Of a stretch of 64,000 nt of DNA, positions 60,310 to 64,000 are shown piece by piece (positions within the stretch are counted from its first letter, which is position 1; each line of letters starts with the position of its first letter). The DNA is taken from positions 832,001 through 896,000 of the forward strand of contig CBDFGR010000002.1 of assembly GCA_965247115.1 (NCBI GenBank), written 5' to 3'. The position numbers and the translations under genes were made by a program. The notes under the pieces are model-generated. The model was not told where the DNA came from. It worked only from the letters and a program-made list of their open reading frames with translations, and ran no database searches. This DNA comes from Myxococcota bacterium. GTDB lineage: Bacteria; Myxococcota_A; UBA9160; SZUA-336.

Positions 60310-60666
60310 CTAGCGTACCCGGTACAGACCCTGGAGCCGTGTGTAGATTTTCGAGTTCAAGGGAGCGAGGATTTCCCTGAGCTGCGGCGAGGGGTCGCCG
60401 AACACCTCTTCGGACAGTTCACCCAACCCGAGGAGTCTGTCGAGGACGTCACCAAGGTTGTCTACGTGGTCCAGCACAGCTTCGGAGCTGGCATAGGTTT
60501 CGAGGATCACGCACTCGGTCTCGTCGGCGTTCAGGAAGAAGTCGTATTGGAGGGTCCCGGTGTCCTTCTCCTTGGTGATGGCCATACACTCGGCAGCGGT
60601 CGCTTTGAACTCGTCCAGCTTGCCTGGGTGGATCTTGATGTGATCATGGAAATAAAGCGTGCTCAT
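60310..60666 (-). CDS. ABM-like monooxygenase domain protein
   Basis: GKLDEFK, KDTGTLQYD.F, E.Y.SSEA...H, FGDPS. Confidence 0.75.
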   Translation of the reverse strand: MSTLYFHDHIKIHPGKLDEFKATAAECMAITKEKDTGTLQYDFFLNADETECVILETYASSEAVLDHVDNLGDVLDRLLGLGELSEEVFGDPSPQLREILAPLNSKIYTRLQGLYRVR

Positions 60667-60722
60667 GTCGGCTCCAGCTAAGCCGTGACGATAGCACCTC
60701 GCGGTGCAGCCGGACTCGCTCT

Positions 60723-61457
60723 CTAAGGGAGCTGGCGAAACTCGGCGCCGAGCAGCGGGTGCGGGCCCTCTGGAAGCAGCAGCGACCGTTCGGAGCGGAG
60801 CTCGATTGCCACCGACGCGTCGGCGGCGCCGTGCTCGAGCCCGACCACTACGCGCATGCCCGAACCCGGCCAGCTGAAGCGCAGCTCGCCGGGGGTTTCC
60901 TCCAGCTCCGCTTCGAGCAGCTCAGCCCATTGGCGGACTGCACGACCCCGATCGCTTGTGCGCAGGCGCACGCCCACGAGCCTGACCGGCGGCGGAGACA
61001 CGGCCGGCTCTTCGAAGGGAGGAGTTGCCTCGTAGTCGTGCTCGTGCTCGTGGTCGGCGTCGTGACGCGACTCGACCATCTGCACGACGATTCCCATTGC
61101 CTGCTTGGGGTGCAGGAATGCCTCGCTCCACTGCGAGTCGCTATCGCGATACCCGACGATCCCGTAGCCAAACGACTCGGCCCGCTCACAGCTGGCGCGC
61201 AAGGACGGCACGTAGAAGGTCACGTGGTGGATGCCGGGACCGTTCCGGTCGAGAAAACGGTGCACGAAGCCGCCCGGCGAGCCGTCGGGCTCGATGACCT
61301 CGAGTCGACCACCGTTCGCGTAGTCCCAGTGCCACCAGCGATACTCTCCATCCGATCCCCCGAAGCCACTCCGCCCTCCGAGCTCCCCGACAAGGAAGGC
61401 CAGCGCAGCCTCGATTCTAGGCGCGGCAATGGCGATGTGATCGAAGGCTACGGGCAC
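60723..61457 (-). CDS. VOC/glyoxalase (methylmalonyl-CoA epimerase-like) protein
   Basis: FDHIAIA, LEVIEP, GPGIHHVTF, EAFLHPK. Confidence 0.82.
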   Translation of the reverse strand: MPVAFDHIAIAAPRIEAALAFLVGELGGRSGFGGSDGEYRWWHWDYANGGRLEVIEPDGSPGGFVHRFLDRNGPGIHHVTFYVPSLRASCERAESFGYGIVGYRDSDSQWSEAFLHPKQAMGIVVQMVESRHDADHEHEHDYEATPPFEEPAVSPPPVRLVGVRLRTSDRGRAVRQWAELLEAELEETPGELRFSWPGSGMRVVVGLEHGAADASVAIELRSERSLLLPEGPHPLLGAEFRQLP

Positions 61458-61485
61458 GGGCGGCAGCTGTTATAGCATTCGCCTC

Positions 61486-62706
61486 GTGTCGATCGAGTCC
61501 CGCCCGACGCCGAGACGCGAGGGGCCCCTAGCGCCGTTCGGCCTTCCCGCGTTCCGACGGCTCTGGACGGCGGGCGTACTGTTCTCGCTCGGGCAAATGA
61601 TGGAGCGCACCGCGATTGGCTGGTTCGTGCTCGATCTGACCGGGTCCGTCTTCCTGACGGCGCTGGCCTGGTCGGTACGTAGCATCCCGAACGTTTTCTT
61701 CGGCCCGATCGCGGGCGCTCTCGCAGATCGCTACTCGCGCCGAGTCCTGCTTGCAACAAACGCGTGCGTTCGCGCTTCCATCGTGACCGTGCTCGGTCTC
61801 GTCGCGGGAGGCGAGGAGGCGGTGCTGCAGATCCTCGTCCTCGTCGGGCTGAGCGGCGTAACGATGACCGTGCAGACCGCCGCCCTGCAGTCGCTCGCGG
61901 GAGATGTGGCCGGAGCCGGCCGCCTCGCCAGCGCCATCAGCCTCGTCTCGTTCGGCGCTCGCTCGGTGGGCGCCGTCGGCGCCCTCGCGAGCGGTTTTCT
62001 GATCGCCGGGATCGGTGCATCCGGGACCTTCCTGCTCGCGGCCGCGCCGCTCGTACTCAGTGCACTACTGTTCGCCTCTGTGCCTTCCCCGGCACGCGCG
62101 CCATCGAACGCCAGGCTCTCTGCCGACGTGCTCGAGGGACTGCAAACGATCGTTCGCGTCCCTATCGTCGGGCTTCTGCTCGGCCTGATGGTAGTTGTGG
62201 AAATCCTGGGCTTCTCCTTCAACGCGCTCCTCCCGGCCGTTGCAGACCTGCTCCTAGGCGTAGGGCCTGAGGGCCTCGGGACCCTGATGTCTGGAGCTGC
62301 GCTCGGCTCGATGGCCGGGACGGCGTTTCTCGCGCTTGCCCACCGCTCGCCGAAGGGACCACTGCTGCTCGGCGCCGTGTCGCTCTTTGGCGTGCTCCTC
62401 GTCGGTCTTGCGGTATCTCAGAGCTTCCTGCTCTCGATGCTCATCGTCGGCGCCGTGGGCGCGATGGCCGCAATGGTCGACGCGCTCGAATGGATGTTGC
62501 TCCAAGCGAGCGTCGACGAGCGCTTGCGGGGCCGAGTGCTAGGCGCCTGGAACCTGGCGATCGGCTGGGGCTGGATCGGACCCGTAGTGCTCGGAGCACT
62601 CGCCGAGTGGATCGGCGTAGAGAACGCCCTCGCTCTTTCGGGAGCACTGCTCGCCCTGACGGGTGCCCTGGTCGCGTCCCAGTCGCGGCTCCTGCGCCAG
62701 GCGTGA
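61486..62706 (+). CDS. MFS transporter (DHA3/EntS-like)
   Basis: FRRLW, GALADRYSRR, LRGRVLG, about 12 TM segments. Confidence 0.9.
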   Translation: MSIESRPTPRREGPLAPFGLPAFRRLWTAGVLFSLGQMMERTAIGWFVLDLTGSVFLTALAWSVRSIPNVFFGPIAGALADRYSRRVLLATNACVRASIVTVLGLVAGGEEAVLQILVLVGLSGVTMTVQTAALQSLAGDVAGAGRLASAISLVSFGARSVGAVGALASGFLIAGIGASGTFLLAAAPLVLSALLFASVPSPARAPSNARLSADVLEGLQTIVRVPIVGLLLGLMVVVEILGFSFNALLPAVADLLLGVGPEGLGTLMSGAALGSMAGTAFLALAHRSPKGPLLLGAVSLFGVLLVGLAVSQSFLLSMLIVGAVGAMAAMVDALEWMLLQASVDERLRGRVLGAWNLAIGWGWIGPVVLGALAEWIGVENALALSGALLALTGALVASQSRLLRQA

Positions 62707-62791
62707 AGCCAGCGCAGACCTCGGCGCGAGCGCGAGGCGACCTCCAGCACCCTCCTGCTAGAAGAGACGGACTGCGCCGAGCGATCCGCCG

Positions 62792-63517
62792 CTATGCCGA
62801 GGGGGCGGGCCGGGCGCGCTGGTTGTAGAGCATGCTCCGGCGCCGCTCGATCTCCTCTGGCGAGAGCTTCGAGAAGTCCTCGCGCAGGTCGTCGCCGACC
62901 GCCATCCCGCGCTTGACGGCAGGCCGCTCACCCAGCTCTTCGAACCAGCGTTTGAAGTACACAAACTCGTTGATGTCCTGGCCCTGGTTCTCCCAGCCAG
63001 CGCACCACGGGTAGCTGATCATGTCTGCGATCGTATACTCGTCGCCGGCGAGGTAGGGTCGATCGTAGAGCCGATTGTTCAGCACGCCGTACAGTCGGTT
63101 CGCCTCGTCCGTGAACCGCCGCACGGCGTAGGCCTGGTCGCCCTGCTCTTCGCCCAGCCGGCGAAAGTGGCCGCACTCGCCCAGCTTTGGTCCCTGATTT
63201 GCCATCTGCCAGATGACCCACTGGCAGACCTCATACCTCCGACGGGGATCCTGGGGCCAGAAGCGACCCATCTTCTCGGCGACATACATCATCATGGCGC
63301 CGGACTCGAAGAGGGCAATCGGCTCTCCACCACCGATCGGATCGTGGTCGACCAGGGCCGGCATCCTGTTGTTCGGGCCGATATTCAGGAACTCCTCGGT
63401 GAACTGATCGCCGCGCCCGATGTTGCACGGGACGATCTTGTAGTCGATGCCGAGCTCCTCGAGCAGGATCGTGACCTTCTTGCCGTTCGGGGTCGGCCAG
63501 TAGTGGAGATCGATCAT
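62792..63517 (-). CDS. Glutathione S-transferase, YfcG/Nu-class-like
   Basis: TPNG.K, PNNRMPA, FESGA, EANRLY.VL, YTIAD, RPAV.RG. Confidence 0.9.
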   Translation of the reverse strand: MIDLHYWPTPNGKKVTILLEELGIDYKIVPCNIGRGDQFTEEFLNIGPNNRMPALVDHDPIGGGEPIALFESGAMMMYVAEKMGRFWPQDPRRRYEVCQWVIWQMANQGPKLGECGHFRRLGEEQGDQAYAVRRFTDEANRLYGVLNNRLYDRPYLAGDEYTIADMISYPWCAGWENQGQDINEFVYFKRWFEELGERPAVKRGMAVGDDLREDFSKLSPEEIERRRSMLYNQRARPAPSA

Positions 63518-63584
63518 CGCCGGTGGTCCTCCCTGTGGAAGCGTGTGTGCCCATCATACATGCGATGGACGGGTACGCGGGAGC

Positions 63585-64000
63585 TCAGGATCCCGTCGAC
63601 AAGTCTTCAGACTGGGGAGCCATGCCCTTCTCGGTGAGCTCCCGCATTGCATCGTCGCTCTTCTTCATGCCATCTAGGCCCATGCCGCGGAGCACGTGGT
63701 GCGCCTTGGTGAACTGGATGTTCTCGTAGCCGACGATCTCGATGCGGTTGCCCCAGGGATCGAGGAAATCGAGAAAGCGACCGGACAGGATCTCGACGCC
63801 CATCTCCCCGAGCGCGCTGCGGACGGCCTCCTTGTCGGAGACCACGAGACCGAAGTGGCGACCATCGTCGGGCCCCTGGCGCCTGCCCTTCTGCAGCGCC
63901 AGGAACTGGTCACCAAGGTCGACGAAGGCCATGCTCTCGCTCTTGCCCCGTAGCTCGAAGTCGACGAAGCCGCCGTAGAACTCGAGCGCCTCGTCGATGT
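63585..64000 (-). CDS. VOC-family protein, 5' end outside window
   Basis: ALEFYG, MAFVDLGDQFLAL, HFGLVV, DFLDPWGNRIEIV. Confidence 0.8.
   Translation of the reverse strand, partial: IDEALEFYGGFVDFELRGKSESMAFVDLGDQFLALQKGRRQGPDDGRHFGLVVSDKEAVRSALGEMGVEILSGRFLDFLDPWGNRIEIVGYENIQFTKAHHVLRGMGLDGMKKSDDAMRELTEKGMAPQSEDLSTGS

Noticed and set aside
61033..61056. Short TCGTGC tandem repeat
   Set aside because: Encodes an HEHEHD linker in the VOC protein; too short to suggest phase variation
1..64000. CRISPR array or integron attC cassette array
   Set aside because: No regularly spaced repeats, cas genes or integrase; genes are not co-oriented and gaps share no visible repeat

Overview
GC-rich diderm bacterial DNA (FadL porin, periplasmic PQQ enzymes, F420-type LLM oxidoreductases). 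Taxonomy cannot be fixed from sequence alone. The window is a patchwork of about 60 mostly unlinked catabolic or detoxification genes in mixed orientation: 4 luciferase-like monooxygenases, 3 RNase Z/GntH-like metallo-beta-lactamase-fold hydrolases, 3 PhyH-type and 2 CmcJ/AsaB-type dioxygenases, 2 SDRs, 2 GSTs, 2 PQQ dehydrogenases, a catabolic reductive dehalogenase, a hydantoinase A/B pair and a prokaryotic pentameric ligand-gated channel. It also holds a MacB-type ABC plus Zn-binding lipoprotein module and one complete IS5-family element (CTAG duplication) that interrupts an M23 peptidase. The most unusual locus is a divergent pair of secreted subtilases (51735-57458) whose long N-termini look like mosaics of outer-membrane protein pieces, one with a clear TonB-receptor plug; the pair is linked to a BepA-like M48/TPR protease. 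The region shows active decay: two in-frame amber codons in otherwise intact genes, deletions, a head-to-head fusion of two decapitated genes and short gene stubs. No rRNA, tRNA or CRISPR array was seen. All family calls come from motif recognition by eye, not database searches.
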